A stretch of DNA of 64,000 nt, taken from the NCBI RefSeq assembly GCF_009914755.1, contig NC_060931.1. One strand, given 5' to 3'. The DNA comes from the human T2T-CHM13v2.0 reference genome, Homo sapiens. Shown here one piece after another: positions 1 to 15,215 of the stretch. The position numbers were made by a program, and so were the translations under genes. The number at the start of each line of letters is the position of its first letter. The stretch's first letter is position 1. A model generated the notes under the pieces. That model was not told the origin of the DNA. It saw only the letters and a program-made list of their open reading frames with translations, and did not search any database.

Positions 1-153
1 CAGGCTGGTGGCTGAACTGAACCCCGAGCGCCGGGGAAGAGTTGTCCGGGAGAGATGAGCGCACAGCCGCCAACTTGCTGGCATCAGCTCTGCAGCGTCT
101 GCGGCAGCCTCGGGGCATCAGCTCTGCGGCAGGCACTCCACGTCCCGAAAGGC

Positions 154-226
154 TCAACTCCTTCTCACCACCGCACTGACTAAGCAGGTTTTCTTCAGCC
201 TTAACATACGCACTGGTTGTCTGGAC
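154..226 (-). CDS. DDC: DDC alternative terminal exon in intron 9 (alt-DDC isoform), coding part; 3' UTR continues past the window start
   Basis: Acceptor cgtcctgccctcag|G with AG at 227-228. Spliced to exon 9 (ends ATG TG) it reads W-SRQPVRMLRLKKTCLVSAVVRRS-TGA (stop 154-156), giving 315+23=338 aa, matching the known short alt-DDC isoform as I recall it. Confidence 0.85.
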
Positions 227-1446
227 CTGAGGGCAGGACGCCGCATTCATTACACTCCTTCTTATCGTGTGTCAATATTTGCCTCCAAGATTAGGGACCC
301 AAAATATTTCTGGTCCCTGACCGCTTCAGTTTCCTCATCTGTAAAGAGAGCGTGGCAATGTCTGTGTCCCTCAACACAGGGCTGTCGTGGGGGTCCAGAG
401 AGCTACGAGAGGTTAGGGACTTAGAAGGGAGCCTGGATGTACCTATCCGCAGTCACTAAACAGCCTTGCTGATATCACTGTTCTATCCAGGCATTGAGGA
501 CGGCCTCAGGGCGCACGAGAACCCCTCCTCCGGACAGCCCATCAGCCCTGCCCTGCTCAAGGGTGGTTCTAGGGCTTCCTTTGTGGAAGGCATCTGAGGA
601 CGCCTGCCCCTTGCAAAACAAAAGCATGTAGGGAGAGCCACTTGTTCCCGCCAGAGCCTGTGGATGCTCTGCCTGGTCCTTCCGAACTCCAGCCACCTTA
701 GAGGATTTTCCCCACTGACCAAAAACCTCAGCAGAGCGGATTTACATTTCAATCAAAATTACCCCTCGAATAAAGGGACCTCTGGCACACGGTGCAAACT
801 GTCCTCACTGTGTTCCACCTTGGGTGAAACAGAAAAACACAACCACAAGAATACAAAAGAATACTCACATTCATAACGGCCATGTCTTTCATAAATACTT
901 ATTTCAGACAAAATTAAGTCTGAAATGCCCACATACCAACTGGTTTTAAAATTATATAGCAGAAGTTTGGGGAAAAAGACTGACAAAAAATAATTTGATT
1001 TGTATACAAGTAAAGGACTAGAAATGTGGTTAGCCTTAAAAAAAAAACCAGGAAAAGGTCAAACGGATATTTTGGTAACCTTGAGAGCTGACATTAGTTG
1101 TTTTGTATAAAAGCTGCTTTCCTCATGCTTAGGAGGAAAGTGAAAAGTTATTCACTTAATTACATACTGAACAATTTTGCAAAGCCTTCTGAATATTTGG
1201 AAAATTTTGCAGTTTTGCATACTGTACAAAATTCATGCAAATCCTCCTGGCCCTATGATCAATCAATCAACTTCTTACTTTAAAACTTTAGAGAAACTAG
1301 TTTCTAGTGTCCCTGTATCACTGCCCATCATCATTATTTCTTTAAACATTGTGTAGGTGGTGTAATATCACCCACTTTAATGCTTTAGTTCTTTTTCTTA
1401 TTCTAAATATCACCAAGGTATTATCATGCTGTTATTAAGAATTTCC

Positions 1447-1855
<409 letters not shown>

Positions 1856-1895
1856 TTAGGAAACATGGTTACTATTATTTTTCCTTCGCGAATAC

Positions 1896-2183
<288 letters not shown>

Positions 2184-2569
2184 TTAGCAAATACTTTTAA
2201 GCATTTGGACTCAGATTGCTAAAACTTAGCATTACACTAAGACTGGTTACGAATCTAAGAATGAAAACACAAGCTACTGAATTAGAAGTGTGTACTTGCA
2301 TTTGTTTTCTGTCAATGCTGGATAAATCAAATAAAAAATTGTCATTTTTAGGCTTCTCATTTCTTATGCCAGTATGTTGCAATGATATTCCCTAGATAAA
2401 AGTTTCCAGTGAGGCTAAGAATTAGCAATAATTCCATCAAGGGTTCAGAAAAGGCAGCAAGCAGTGAGCTAAGTGACTATTGCACCCCTTTGGCTCTGGC
2501 ATCTTCCCTGCCAGCTTCTTTCACTGTCACCTCGGACAGGCAACTGACATCTGTGAGCAGGGAAACTTA

Positions 2570-2677
<108 letters not shown>

Positions 2678-2699
2678 TTATAAATGTTTAATTATAAAG

Positions 2700-2930
2700 A
2701 AGACCCCATACATGATAATAAAAGTTTATGGCACAACTAATCCACAGTGGTAGGGGCCAGGTAGGGTTGCCCAGGGGAGTAGTAACTTGTAGTGGGTAGG
2801 GGAGTCTTCTGGAGTGCTGGAATTGTTCTACTCTTGATCTGGGTGGTAAGTACATGGGGGTGGGTATATGTATTTAGAGTTGATTTGTATGTTTTGCTAT
2901 ATCTAGATTATACTCTCATAAAATGGAACA
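2700..2930 (+). mobile_element. Ancient L1M(E) 3' end fragment
   Basis: ttctggagtgctggaattgttctactcttgatctgggtggt motif typical of L1ME/MD 3' UTR. Confidence 0.55.
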
Positions 2931-3316
2931 AGAATTTTAAAATTAAAAGTTTATATTCCCAAATGAAAAGCATTTTCAAATTTACATAATCTAATGTGAC
3001 ATAAAATGTATCCATATTATATTTTAAATTACTGGAATATTTGGAAAAATCAGAATTGTCCTTCACAAGCACAACGTACAGGAATTGTACTGATTTGGCC
3101 TGTGAAATACTTCATGCTTGAAGTTCCTTCCACTTGCTGAGCTAGCAAAGTTCTCAGACTACACGTGTCATGATAAACAGTGGGAAAGAGGAAATTTTAT
3201 TACTAATCTACAGTAGATAGGGGTAAACCCAGTTTTCATTTAATTGATGGGTTCTTTTGCCAGCATTGCTGTAACATATCAACAATTCTCCTCATTTACC
3301 TAAATGCTTCTCTCTC

Positions 3317-3611
3317 TTTTTTTTTTTTTTGAGCGACAGGGTCTTACTTTGTTGCCCAGGCTGGACATGAACACAGCTCACTGCAGCCTCAACCTCCCAA
3401 GCTCAAGTGATCCTCCTGCCTTAGCTTCCTAAGTAGCTGGGACTACAGGCGTGTGCCACCACACACAGCTAATTTTTAAAATTTTGTTTGTAGAGACAGT
3501 GTGTCTCATTACGTTGCCCAGGCTGATCTCGAACTCTTGGGCTTAAGCCGTCCTCTTGCCTCAGCCTCCCAAAGTACTGGGATTACAGGTGTGAGCCACT
3601 GAACCCCGACC
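3317..3611 (-). mobile_element. AluJ
   Basis: Diverged reverse Alu with J-type gctcaagtgatcctcc. Confidence 0.9.
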
Positions 3612-5289
3612 AGCTCCTTTATTTTTAAAGTTCATTGTATTCCTAACAGCTACAGGCTCCCGTAGCTGGAAGATCCTGGGTAAAAACTGTGAACAACCGG
3701 CTCTGGCTGCATGCATCAGTGTTAGGGGCTACCTTATTTTCAAGGAGAAAATAAGAGGTTTAAACCACCAAGAGTGGCAGAGGAGGACACTCTGCATTTT
3801 CCCTGAGCTGTCATAAATGGTGCTTTCTTTTTCAAATGCATGTCCTGGTTTATCACCTGACTGGTGAACAGGAACAGGGTCCACCTTAATGGCCAGGGAT
3901 TTGGCCATGCGGCTGGATTCATAATTGATACCGAAATAAAGGTGGCTGTTGCAGTGAGGCGCCAGTCTGGCCGACTCTCCTACTGGGAAACTTTTCAGTC
4001 TTCCCAAGGCCCTAGGGCACCTCCTGTCTACTTGGTTTCAGGGATGTGCACCGAGGAGGCAGCAGAAGCTTGAGGGACCTGGGGGGCGTCCTGGGAGGCA
4101 TTTGGTTGGTGGATGACAACTTTCCACTGCTCTGGAGACCCAGGTTCATTTCCTTCTAGGTTTTAATAAAAGTAATTTTGAGAAAAGGACAGGAAATTAC
4201 AGCAAGTTTCATTTGTTGATAAAAGGAGACAAAAGGTTAAAGAGGAGCTCTGTTTGCTAGGAGTCTTATGAGTTCCCTCCTATGGGGCTGATCTGTTTAA
4301 ACTTCTCTCATTACCCAGCAGTGATATTTTCCTCCTGCCAACCGGAGAGAAAGGCTCTTATCTCCAAGGGCAGGGCCACAACAGGATATTGCAGCCTCCT
4401 TATCTGCCCCACTGAGACGCACAGCCCTCAGCTGGGCATGGAAAGAGAGTCGGGAGCAATAATGCAAGAAAAATGGCAGTGACTCATTGTACAGCATGAA
4501 ATCCTGTCTGTTGCTGATAGGATCTGGCTGGAAAGCCCATTGCTGTGGTGGTCTGACAATGAGGCACCCTTCTATGAAAGATGAAACCTCAAGTTGTCAG
4601 TTCTTGGGGAAAAGAAGAGCAGTGGTAGGAAAAGATCACGAACCCTAAACCTGATACCCAGAGTTAGAAAAGAGCATCAAGCTCAGGCCAGCCGTGGGGA
4701 GGGCACATAAATCCCAGAGGACTGCTTAGCCCTTCCTCCCTTGAAACTGTCCCAGGACAGATGTTTCAAATAATGGAGATTATCTCCATCATGCCATGCA
4801 TTTATATGATACAGAGATTTACTCTTCGTTTCCCAGCACCAAACACGCACCAAACTAGCTACCGGCAATGAACTATATCAGCTGGGTACTGGCATCACAT
4901 TATGAGAACTTCTCATATACTATACCCTCCCTCCAGTGCGTACATAGGTCTTTGGAAGCTCCATTTACCCCCAAGGATCCATCATGTAAGTCCTAGGTTG
5001 TATTAAGTACTCAACAAGTAATTATTGAATGAATGAGTGAATGATTGTGATGCAGACATAAACCAGAATACTACTTCATTGATTAGTAGTAAGAGGATTA
5101 TTCTTTCCAAAGATGGGGACATTTGTATTCTATACCTCTGGTACCCTCTTTTCTGGTATTACAGCATTATGAGAATTCAAAGTTGTAATTAGAATAGTGA
5201 TTAGCAAACCTGACATGCAAGCAGAGGAAGCTGTCAAGGGAAAGTTTTTCTAAGACGTAGTAGAAAATCACAAAAGCACCTAATGCAAT

Positions 5290-5490
5290 TTCAGTATTTA
5301 CTGTCTGCCAGGCACTGTTTTTAAGCCCTTAAAACATGATTAACTCATCTACCCCTGGCGACAATCCCACACCGGATGTATTCTTATGAAATCTATTTTC
5401 TGGAGGATAGGGAGGATATCTAACTCGCCCAAGGGTACACAGCTAGTCTTAAGGATAAATCTAGGATTCAAACCAAGGAGTCTAATGCAG
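5290..5490 (-). mobile_element. MIR
   Basis: tgccaggcactgttt...aactcgcccaagggtacacagctag...ggattcaaacc MIR signature. Confidence 0.65.
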
Positions 5491-6371
5491 AGGACTGTGC
5501 CCTTCATCTGCCATCACACATGGGTGAGGTCTCACGACACCTCCTGCCCCTTGGCAGAAAGCATTTCTTTCTTGGCCAGTGCCACAGCTCCCCTGCTTTG
5601 CTACCTCCTTCTCTTGGAAACACTGCCAAAGACTGCCTCTCAGGACCCTCTATGGCATTCAAAGCTGAGTTCTTGGGGAGAAGAGACTTCCTACCCTATG
5701 AGCCACCACCAACAATGAAATCCCGCTTGAGTCTGAAATAACACACCACAGTATATCAATAAGGTCATTTTTTTGTGTTAAGTCTGTACCAATTTACATT
5801 CTGTTGCTTTTTGGAGAAGCGGAGTGCTGGTCAATAATTTTGATTGCTACTTCTCAAAAGAAGCAGGCATTTCACTTAGCATTAAAGATCATGCTTTACA
5901 ATTTCCAGAAGACTGCCTAGGGGCATTTAAATGCATTGGTAGCTTCTCGTTCAATATTGGTTAAAGTGAATATCATGTTCAGATGTATGGGCAGAACATG
6001 ACTGTCATATTGAACCAGATTGTATGGAATTGCGGGTTGGTATTTTAAATTACTCTTTTGAGTTTAAGTTCATTAAGATTTTATTTTGTTCCTACTTTCC
6101 CACAGTTTTATAAGCTAACATTTATTCTTTCTGTTTGGGATTTGTGTAGATTGAAATGGAACTGTAAGTGTCAGGAGTATTTCAGGAGGACAGGCTGTAT
6201 GGCTGGGGAAGGCTCTCAGCCCCTATTCTGAGGAAGTCGGAATTGGTTCAAACATAATTGGCTGAAACAAACCTCAATAGCAAGAGATTGGACGTCAGCT
6301 CCTCATGAAGGGAGAGGTCAATAACAGAGCACTGTGAAAACAGCCTTAGGGAGAGCGAAGGGTGCACCTAC

Positions 6372-6466
6372 CTCCACTCCATTCAGAAGGTGCCGGAACT
6401 CAGGGCAGATGAATGCACTGCCTGCGTAGGCTGCATCAACGTGCAGCCATATGTCTTCCTTGTTGC
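6372..6466 (-). CDS. DDC: DDC exon 8 (95 nt), (C)[31 protein letters not shown]
   Basis: HVDAAYAG motif of PLP decarboxylases; AG at 6467-6468, donor GTAGGT at 6371. Confidence 0.98.
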
Positions 6467-7519
6467 CTAAAGTTCAGAATCAACTTGTGAGTCCCCAGAT
6501 GGATGCCTCACCACGGAGCCTGCCAGCTGACCTCGCCCTGTCTGAGCACCTTCTTGGGTAGAGCATGCCAACAGTATTTGCTGAACTAATGGCTGAATCC
6601 CCAAAAGGCCCCCTCATTCAAAGGGTCTAAAGCTGAGGGCAGTGTGTGTGCTGCTGGCCCCAGACACACCAGGGAAAATGGAAGCCACTGCACCACTTGG
6701 TTTTCTCTCCTGACCCTGGCGGCTAAGTGTAACTCCAAGGGACCATCGTGTGACAGCCTCATGTTACTCACCTGCATTTCTCTCCAGTGACACCACCCTT
6801 TCCACCCACCTGGAATTCCCTTCCTGGTTCCCTTTGCTAATCCATTCTCAAGTCCTCCCCCAAACATCATCCAAGGGGAGGTCTGCACACAGTCCACGCT
6901 GACCTCTACCTGCCCCACTCCATCCCCACCACCAGGTGAAGTTCTTTACTTTACACCATCTTAGACCATCCCCTGCTTTCTTCATGAACAGGGTTCTGTT
7001 TTCCAACCATGCATAGCAGCCTTGTGGGCAGGGGCTGCCTCATTCAGGAGCTGGGAGAGCCACAGATGTAGCATGCTCCCTCAATTTTGACAGATCTGGG
7101 CTCAACTCCTGCTTCCAGTTGCTCCCCAGCCAAGGGGCCCTATCTACTTCTCCAAGCCTCACTCTCCTCCCAGGAAGATGGAGATGAAATAGTACCCATA
7201 GGCCTAAGGGATGAGCAAGGGAATATTTACAATGTGCTTGCCAGGACCCCAGCACTGAGTAGGGGAGAAATAAATGTGGCTTCCATGGTTGCTGCCTCTC
7301 AGCCCTAGGCACCCAGGAGAGTAAGAGTTGAAGGGTGAAGGACCACAGAGAGGGCGCGAGCCACCCTCACCTCACAGGGTGGATACCAGTGTCAGGGTAC
7401 CGTGGGGTAGGTGTCAGGGTCAGCATATGCATTTGTAGGGATCCATGGATTCACCGTTCACTCACCATCCATGGTGCTCATTGTGCAATGAGGCGTGAGA
7501 CTCTCAGGGGCACTAATTA

Positions 7520-7655
7520 GTCACAGTTCCAATCAGGAGGGCTCCACTGTGCTGACCTCATTACCACTAGAAGGCCCCACCTCCAATACCATCACCTTAG
7601 GTTAGAATTTCAGCAAATGGGCTTTGCAGGGGACACAAACGTTCAGACTACAGCA
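7520..7655 (-). mobile_element. MaLR (MLT1/MST) LTR fragment
   Basis: ggccccacctccaataccatcacctt...ggggacacaaacgttcagactacagca. Confidence 0.65.
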
Positions 7656-9015
7656 AGCTTCAAATTTACACCTATCTTATGATGTGATCTGAGGTTTTTC
7701 TCAACCTTACCGCTGATCTGAGCTACAGGCATGGACATCCCATGATTACTGAGTGACTCCTCAGGGAGAAACTCTGCAAATCCTAAGGCCTTGTGCTCTT
7801 CCTGGCTCACTGCTGCATCCATCTGGGGTTATGCAAGCACCAGGTGAGACTGATTCTGGGGGAAGTGATGAGCCCCTAAGCCTCGGTTCAGGTCCACACT
7901 GCTCTGTGACCTTTGGCCTCCCATGCCCTGGGGTGGATATCCGTGTCCGCAGGACACACTTGACCTTAATCCAACTGAGGGCTTTCATCCTGATGATTAA
8001 ACTGAGTCAAAGCTTTGAAACGCCTTATGTCTTTTATCAGCTTTGTGGAGGACTGTGTTCTCTCTAAGCTTGCAGTTGGCCTACAACTCCTGCAGAAGGG
8101 AACTTACAGACCCCTAAAGGAAGTGGACTCTGAAGGGCTTCTCTGGTTTCCATGGGGATGCATGGAGCTGTGGGCATGCCTCTGCATTCTGCATTCTGCA
8201 TCTCATATGTGATCCACTAACAGCACACACTGCATAGCACGGCCCATCTAGGAACCAGGCGGACACAGAGACCCTCGGCCAGAGCTTGAGAAGTTGCATG
8301 CACCAGGGGCACACCTAGCCCTGAGGCAAGGCTGCCTCAGTGGGGAGGGATGGGACAGCCTCACACTCCTCCAGCTTCCTGCTGTCAGTGACTCTTTCCT
8401 TCTGAGACTTCCCAGGAACTTGCGGCAGGCCTGGCTGCCCCTCCAGCTGCACGTCCTCTCTCAGTTATGCTGGCACCTCAGGATGCAGCTTTGGCTGCCT
8501 GCCCTGTGCTATTCCCTTCCTCACACCTTGAGATGGCCTCCCCAACTCAGCCCATACCCTCATCCTCAGTTTCCCCACTTCCCCACCGGCAACCTAACTG
8601 ACTTCAACTATCCACTTTTTGTATTCCATCTTCTCAGTAAAACCTGCCAGACAACTGATCCATCCAAGCAGACCAATCTGAATACCCTCACTGGCAAATC
8701 ATTTCAAATGCAATAAAAAGAAAATGTCTTTCCTAAGGCAGCAATTGGAAGAAAACCATCTTCTGATTTGTTTTCTTTGTCAAATGATGGTGGGTGAATA
8801 ACTTAACTGAATTATGTTAGATTATTCTAATCATATATAGAATAAGGTCAGCTCAGGATCTCAGAACAGTCCCGCTTGGAGTTGGAGAATGCTAAATATC
8901 TGGTGATAGGAAAATGGTAGCAGGAGAGGGAAAGTAGGTAAAAGGGTGCTGACTTAATTGTTAAGGTACCACCAACAGTTAGTAATATAACACCATCAAT
9001 AAAAATGGAAATGTT

Positions 9016-9312
9016 GGCCGGACACAGTGGGTTATGCCTGTAATTCCATCACACTGGGAGGCTGAGGCGGGCATATCATCTGAGGTCAGGAGTCTGAGAC
9101 CAGCCTGGCCAATATGGTGAAACCCCATCTCTAATAAAAATACAAAAATTAGCCAGGCATGATGGCATGTGCCTGTGATCCCAGCTACTCAGAAAGCTGA
9201 GGCAGGAGAATCGCTTGAACCCAGGAGGCAGATGTTGCAGTGAGCTGAGATTGTGCCACTCCAGCCTGGGCCACAGAGCAAGACTCCATCTCAAAAATAA
9301 AGAAAAAAAAAG
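9016..9312 (+). mobile_element. AluS
   Basis: Full Alu with A tail. Confidence 0.95.
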
Positions 9313-10989
9313 GAATTGTCAAAACTGACCTCCCCTATGCATTCTGCCAATGGATGAAAGGGTTTTGGCATTCACCCATGTCAGCTCCTTCTGCACAACC
9401 CCAAAAGCAACCTCAGTGTTTCAAACCAAACAAATCATAAATCAAGCTCTGTCCACAGCCTCCAGCCTCTACAAAGAAGAGGGGGCCCCAGATAGCAGGA
9501 AGGCCTGAGCTGGATCCATCCAGGGGACTGTGACTGGCAGGTGACACACGCTGGCTGTCATCTCCATGGTCCAGCGGGCAGCCCACACTTGGCCCAGGGG
9601 ACAGCAGGCCATGTGGGCTCTATCCAGCAGAAGACCTCGGCCCTTTAAATCCGATAGCCCTGGGGAATTACATCAGCCAGCTACTGGCCAGGACATTCAG
9701 TTCTTAGCCTGACATCTGAGTCAGAGGACTCCAAGTTGCTTGGCTGAGCTGATGAAGGTTTGCAGCTGATGAGGCCAATGCTGTGGCTGCAGTCCTGAGT
9801 CAGCCAGTTCTATCCCTTCTCCCCAGCCCGGGGCTGTGCACGACCACTTCCCGCCAGTTGTTCTTACAGCTGTGTGCCACAGAGCATAAACGGTGGAGCA
9901 TAAACCCTGTGAGAGCGGGTAAGTCTATGCCACCCACCTCCCAGTAGTTCCCAGCACTGCATTCCTTGCTGTGCAGCAATGCACTCTACCTTTGGGATGG
10001 TGCATTTTCCCTGCATTAATTTATCCTCTGAATAATCGTGTGGGGAAATCTTGTTATTTTATGAGCACAAGTGGGGTTTTTCTCTTCACTTTACAGACAG
10101 CATAAATGAAGCTCAGAATGTAAGATTCAGGGGTGGATCCTGGGCTGCACCCTAGCTTCCTTGTCACCAATTTCATGTCTAGCTCACACAAAGGCACCTG
10201 CACCTTCAGCACCGGCCTTCCCCAGCTGCTGACCCCAAGAAGGGAGGCCAACGCCCAGGAGAGGAGGGTCCACTCCTCTGAGTATGGACTATGGGTGACT
10301 CTTGGGTTAGGAGAGGTGAGAACTGTGCTTGGCTTGTGCAGACTAAGGAGGAAGCCAATTCCCTGGTAGCTGTTGTGGGATCTGGCACAGGCCACAGGTA
10401 TGTGATCTGAAGGCCCCACTTGGGCAGCTCCACTCACAGCCGAGCGGTCAGAACATTCCCATCCTAGAGGGACAGAGAAAGGGGGAGCCCCCTGAGCCAG
10501 TGTCCCTGCCCTACGAGGGTTCTTCTGTCCACAGAAGCAGCTTCAAGGCCTGCTGAGTTCCCAGAGCTACATGTCAAAGGTGAAACTCTAGAAACAGAGC
10601 TGCTCATTCACATTCACCTTTTGAAAACACAGCATCCTAGTCTCAATGAGAAAACCTAGGATCTCTGAATGAGGAAGGGAGGAGGTGAGAGTGACCAGGA
10701 AAACATCTGAAGCACAGATTATTCCTTGGCGAAATCCAGTTTCATTGTGTTGATTTGCTAAACTACCTTCAGCAATTTTCTTAACTGCATTCAGTAATTC
10801 CAAAAAAAGGTGAAAAAGGGATATACCAAAGAATTAAATTCAAGTGTGGACAATTCTCATATCAGGTGTATGCACGACCCACATATGAAGGTGGTTACTC
10901 TAAGATTTTGAAGAGTTTATTCTCCTCAACAGGGCCAACATAACCTGCAATTTTACATAACTTCTATATTGCTCGGATTTTTTTTCTTA

Positions 10990-11283
<294 letters not shown>

Positions 11284-11594
11284 CTAGAGGGTAAAAAGCA
11301 GACAACCTTTTATTCCCCAGGTGCCAGTCACCGCTGTAACCTCCACACAAGCAACTGCTGCCCCATGGTCCAACCTGGGGCCATGAGCCGAGATCCCAAT
11401 GAATGTCTGCTACATGGAAACGTAAGCCCATGGATGCACATTGAATCTTTGGGTGAAAGCATCATAACAGGTTAAGAGAAACAGATTTGCAGACAGAAAA
11501 CTAAGCTCTGAGGTTAGAAACCGGGAAGTTGCAAAAGATTTTCCAGGGTGCCTTGGGGCAGACATGAAGCAATCTACCACCTGGACAATGATAC

Positions 11595-11965
11595 CTATAT
11601 TCTACTTTAGTAAATATACATATACTATATTCTACTTTATTAAATATACATATATATGTATGTGTGTATATTTTTGTTAAATTTTAATTAACGTTCTATG
11701 TAACATTAGTGTAACTATGTTCTTATATTCCATATATACATTTTAATTTAATTATAATCTAATTAAATTTATAATTAAGTTATAATTAAAATATACACAA
11801 GTGTATATATTTTATTTTCTATATATATATGTGTGTGTATATATATACATATATAGAGAATGTAAGAACATAGTTACTACTATGGAGCAGAAGCCTGGGA
11901 TTTTTTCCTAGTTTGGGGGGGTGTGTGTGTGTCTGTGTGTGTGCACGTGTGTGTGTGCATACACA
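11595..11965. repeat. AT-rich low-complexity region: 30-bp tandem pair (11595-11654), (TA)n and (GT)n microsatellites
   Basis: ctatattctacttta(g/t)taaatatacatata x2; TA runs 11820-11855; GT runs 11920-11957. Confidence 0.9.
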
Positions 11966-13531
11966 CATGTGCAATGCACAGAGCAGAGCAAGCGCAGTAG
12001 AGATGAGTCTCCCTCCAGCAGGGCCCAGACTGCCCAAGGCACTCATGGAATGCTTCTTTCAGAACAGACTTTGGCATCAGTTAAGAGTCACACTAGGATT
12101 TTGAGCAAGAGTATCATTTACCAGCTTTAATCCGCTGCCTTTCTCTTTCTGAATGATACTGTTCCCAAAGATTAATTAAATCCTCAGGAGGTCATGAGAA
12201 AACACTGCTGACATTGAAAATAATTTTAAAAGGGTTGTTCTGAGAAAGCATTGAGTGCTGTCAGTCACACAACCCAGAAAATACGGGCTAGGAGTCACTG
12301 CGGCCTCTCCCGAGCTCTGAGGACCTTGTGGTGCCACGATCGCACTGGCACAGCCTGACTGTGTTGTCCCCACACACATGTCTGTCTCTCCCTCCAGACC
12401 CATGATGCTCCCAAAACCAGGGACCCTGTCTCATTGTTTTGTGTTGGGCTGAGCATTTGCACTTTGCTGGACATTGCATAGATGCTGAAACCTATTGCTG
12501 AATTGAAACAGCTCTCTCCAAAGGATCAAAACGCACATTATGTTTACAAAACCAAAGGGCCTAATTGATTTATGGATGTCATGCAGTCTAGATAATGAAA
12601 TTTCTTTGCAGATGCGACAAGAGTGTGGAATAGAATTAAATTTGTGTGACCTTTATTGAGCCCCCCGTAAAGTCTTAGCAATGCCATGTGTCCTGAGGAT
12701 AAAGATAGAGAGGTCAGAAACTCGTATGTGAGAACCCCAGTTCGAGACCTTTGTGGCTCCATTTCACCTATGACTGCCTCGCATTTCACCTGGAAACCAA
12801 CTTTTCCTTTTAGAGAGAGACAAAGTGTTCATGCCCAGGTAGCACAGAGTCAGCCTGCGGAAGGTTCGTCTCACCAGCTTTGCCCTGCTCCTCTCACAGG
12901 TGGCTGGGCTGGACAAGGTACTTCTCAGACAGAGCGATGCCTGCTCAGGGACCAGAGTTTTCCATGCCAAACCCCGGGGCATGGGCCCAAAACAGGTCCT
13001 GGCTGGACTCTGGAAGGGCTCTCTGTGTCACTGAGCTATGCCCAAGGGAGTCAGTCCCCCAAGGGGCTACCCTCAGGCGCAGGAGGGGCAGTCTGTTTAA
13101 ATGTAGGCTTTCTTCTTGTTCAGGATGGTGAGCCCAACAAGTCAGGAGATGACTGCCATTAAAAACAGCTTGTTCCTCACAGTCCCCAAGGGGAGGGGGA
13201 CATGGGGAAGCACGAGGATCAGTTGGGCAGCAGAGGGGTGGGGGAAAAACAGCGGCAAGGGCCTGTGTTGTGGTTTCCACAGGAAGAACCAGGCAGGGCA
13301 AGGGTGAGCAGGATTAGGATCGGCTGGTTTGAATAATTTCAGTGGGCTCTGGGGTCGCATTTGGTCTGCTCCAGGTCACATTTGGAGCAGTGGCTGTCCC
13401 TAGATGTCTGGTACCTAGCCCTTGAGTGGTCAGGGCAGGAGGATAGTAGCCCAGAGTGTGAGAGCCCCACAGAGGAGATGCTGGGGTAGGAGCTCTGTAC
13501 TGATGATTTTGCATTTCAAAGGTGAATTTGC

Positions 13532-13738
13532 TTTTTTCTTACAAATTTGTTTGAGTTCCACACACCGGGGCCTGTCATGGGGTGGCAGGAGTGGGGAGGG
13601 ATAGCATTAGGAGATACACCTAATGTAAATGACGAGTTAATGGGTGCAGCACACCAACCTGGCACATGTATACATATGTACAAACCTGCACGTTGTGCAC
13701 ATGTACCCTAGAACTTATAATAAAAAAGAAAAGAAAAG
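13532..13738 (+). mobile_element. 5'-truncated and 5'-inverted L1PA insertion
   Basis: L1PA 3' UTR 13559-13738 plus inverted ORF2 piece 13532-13558; TSD aaaggtgaa(t/c)ttgc at 13518-13531 and 13739-13752. Confidence 0.9.
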
Positions 13739-14467
13739 AAAGGTGAACTTGCAAGTGAGTCCTTTAAGAGCTCTAGGAACCCCCTCTCCCTGAGAAGGGC
13801 AGTCCCTCCAGGGTCAGCAAGACCCAAAGGTGTCACAGCATCAGAAGCACAGATAGTAAAAAGGCACAGTGAATACAGATAGTTAAACCATGTATGTGGG
13901 GCACAGAGACCTGGGCTGGAGGCCCAACTCCATGTCACATTGGCACCTGGCTGGGCTTTATTTTTCTTACCTACAAAGCAACGTATTGCACTTACAGACC
14001 TGCCCGGTCTATCAGGTGCCAACGGGCTAACATCTTGCATACCTCAATGTTTCTCCTGGTGCTGTCAGCATCCTTTCTTAACCTCTGGATGTCCCCTCCT
14101 CATGTCAAGCATCAATAATTCTCCGCATTTGTTTCATTTTGGCAAGATAAGTCATTTAGTGGGAATTGAAGTCAGTGTGTTGTTTTTCTCTGCTATTTGC
14201 AATTTCATCTTGACATATAATTGAATGTTAAAGCACTTTGTCTAAGACACCTGGCTACTCAGTTTGTAGAGCATGAGAGTCTTAGAATGCCTTATCTTTA
14301 TCCTTAAGAGAATAGCGAAAAAGAATGACTTAACAATATTAATATTGCTTGAAACTTATTTTCTCAACTCCCAGAGTCATATCTTAGAAATGACATATCT
14401 CTAGTTTAGCAATTCCTTCTGTTTCATCTGACTTTCTTCAGTTAAACACTAAACTAAATGCAATAAC

Positions 14468-14755
<288 letters not shown>

Positions 14756-15074
14756 AATAACTTCTATTATTAAAAATTTATTAAATGTGCCCTTATTAAA
14801 ATTATTTTCTCTCTATTAATGTGTGCATAGAAGAGTATCTAAAGTGATGTTCACCAAACAGTAAAACTGCATTTCTCTTAAGATTTTGGTTAACATAAAC
14901 CTTTATTCTTAGATTCTTATGTAATTACTGATTTTTTTTGTTCTGAGTATGAAACATCTTTGCAGAAACAATAAAACCCGGCCTTGTCCTGGCAGTGGCC
15001 TAGGTTGAGAATAGGGGTGATGTTCTTTGCGGCTAACTCTGCAGCAGGCCTAATGCTGACAGCCTTTCCTATAT

Positions 15075-15215
15075 GATATTTAATTGCCACCACCTTATGA
15101 GTTAGATATGCTCGTGATTCCCACTTTACAGTTGACTTATGTGAGGCTCCAAGAGGTGGGTAATTGTCCCAGGACACCCAGATAGGCAGGAGCAGACCAA
15201 ATGTGACCCCAGGCT
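15075..15215 (-). mobile_element. MIR
   Basis: cccactttacagttga...gaggctccaagaggtgggtaattgtcccagg core. Confidence 0.6.

Noticed and set aside
80-128. Direct repeat ggcatcagctctgc, two copies, in the alternative exon 3' UTR
   Set aside because: Only two short copies; not an array and no interpretable structure.
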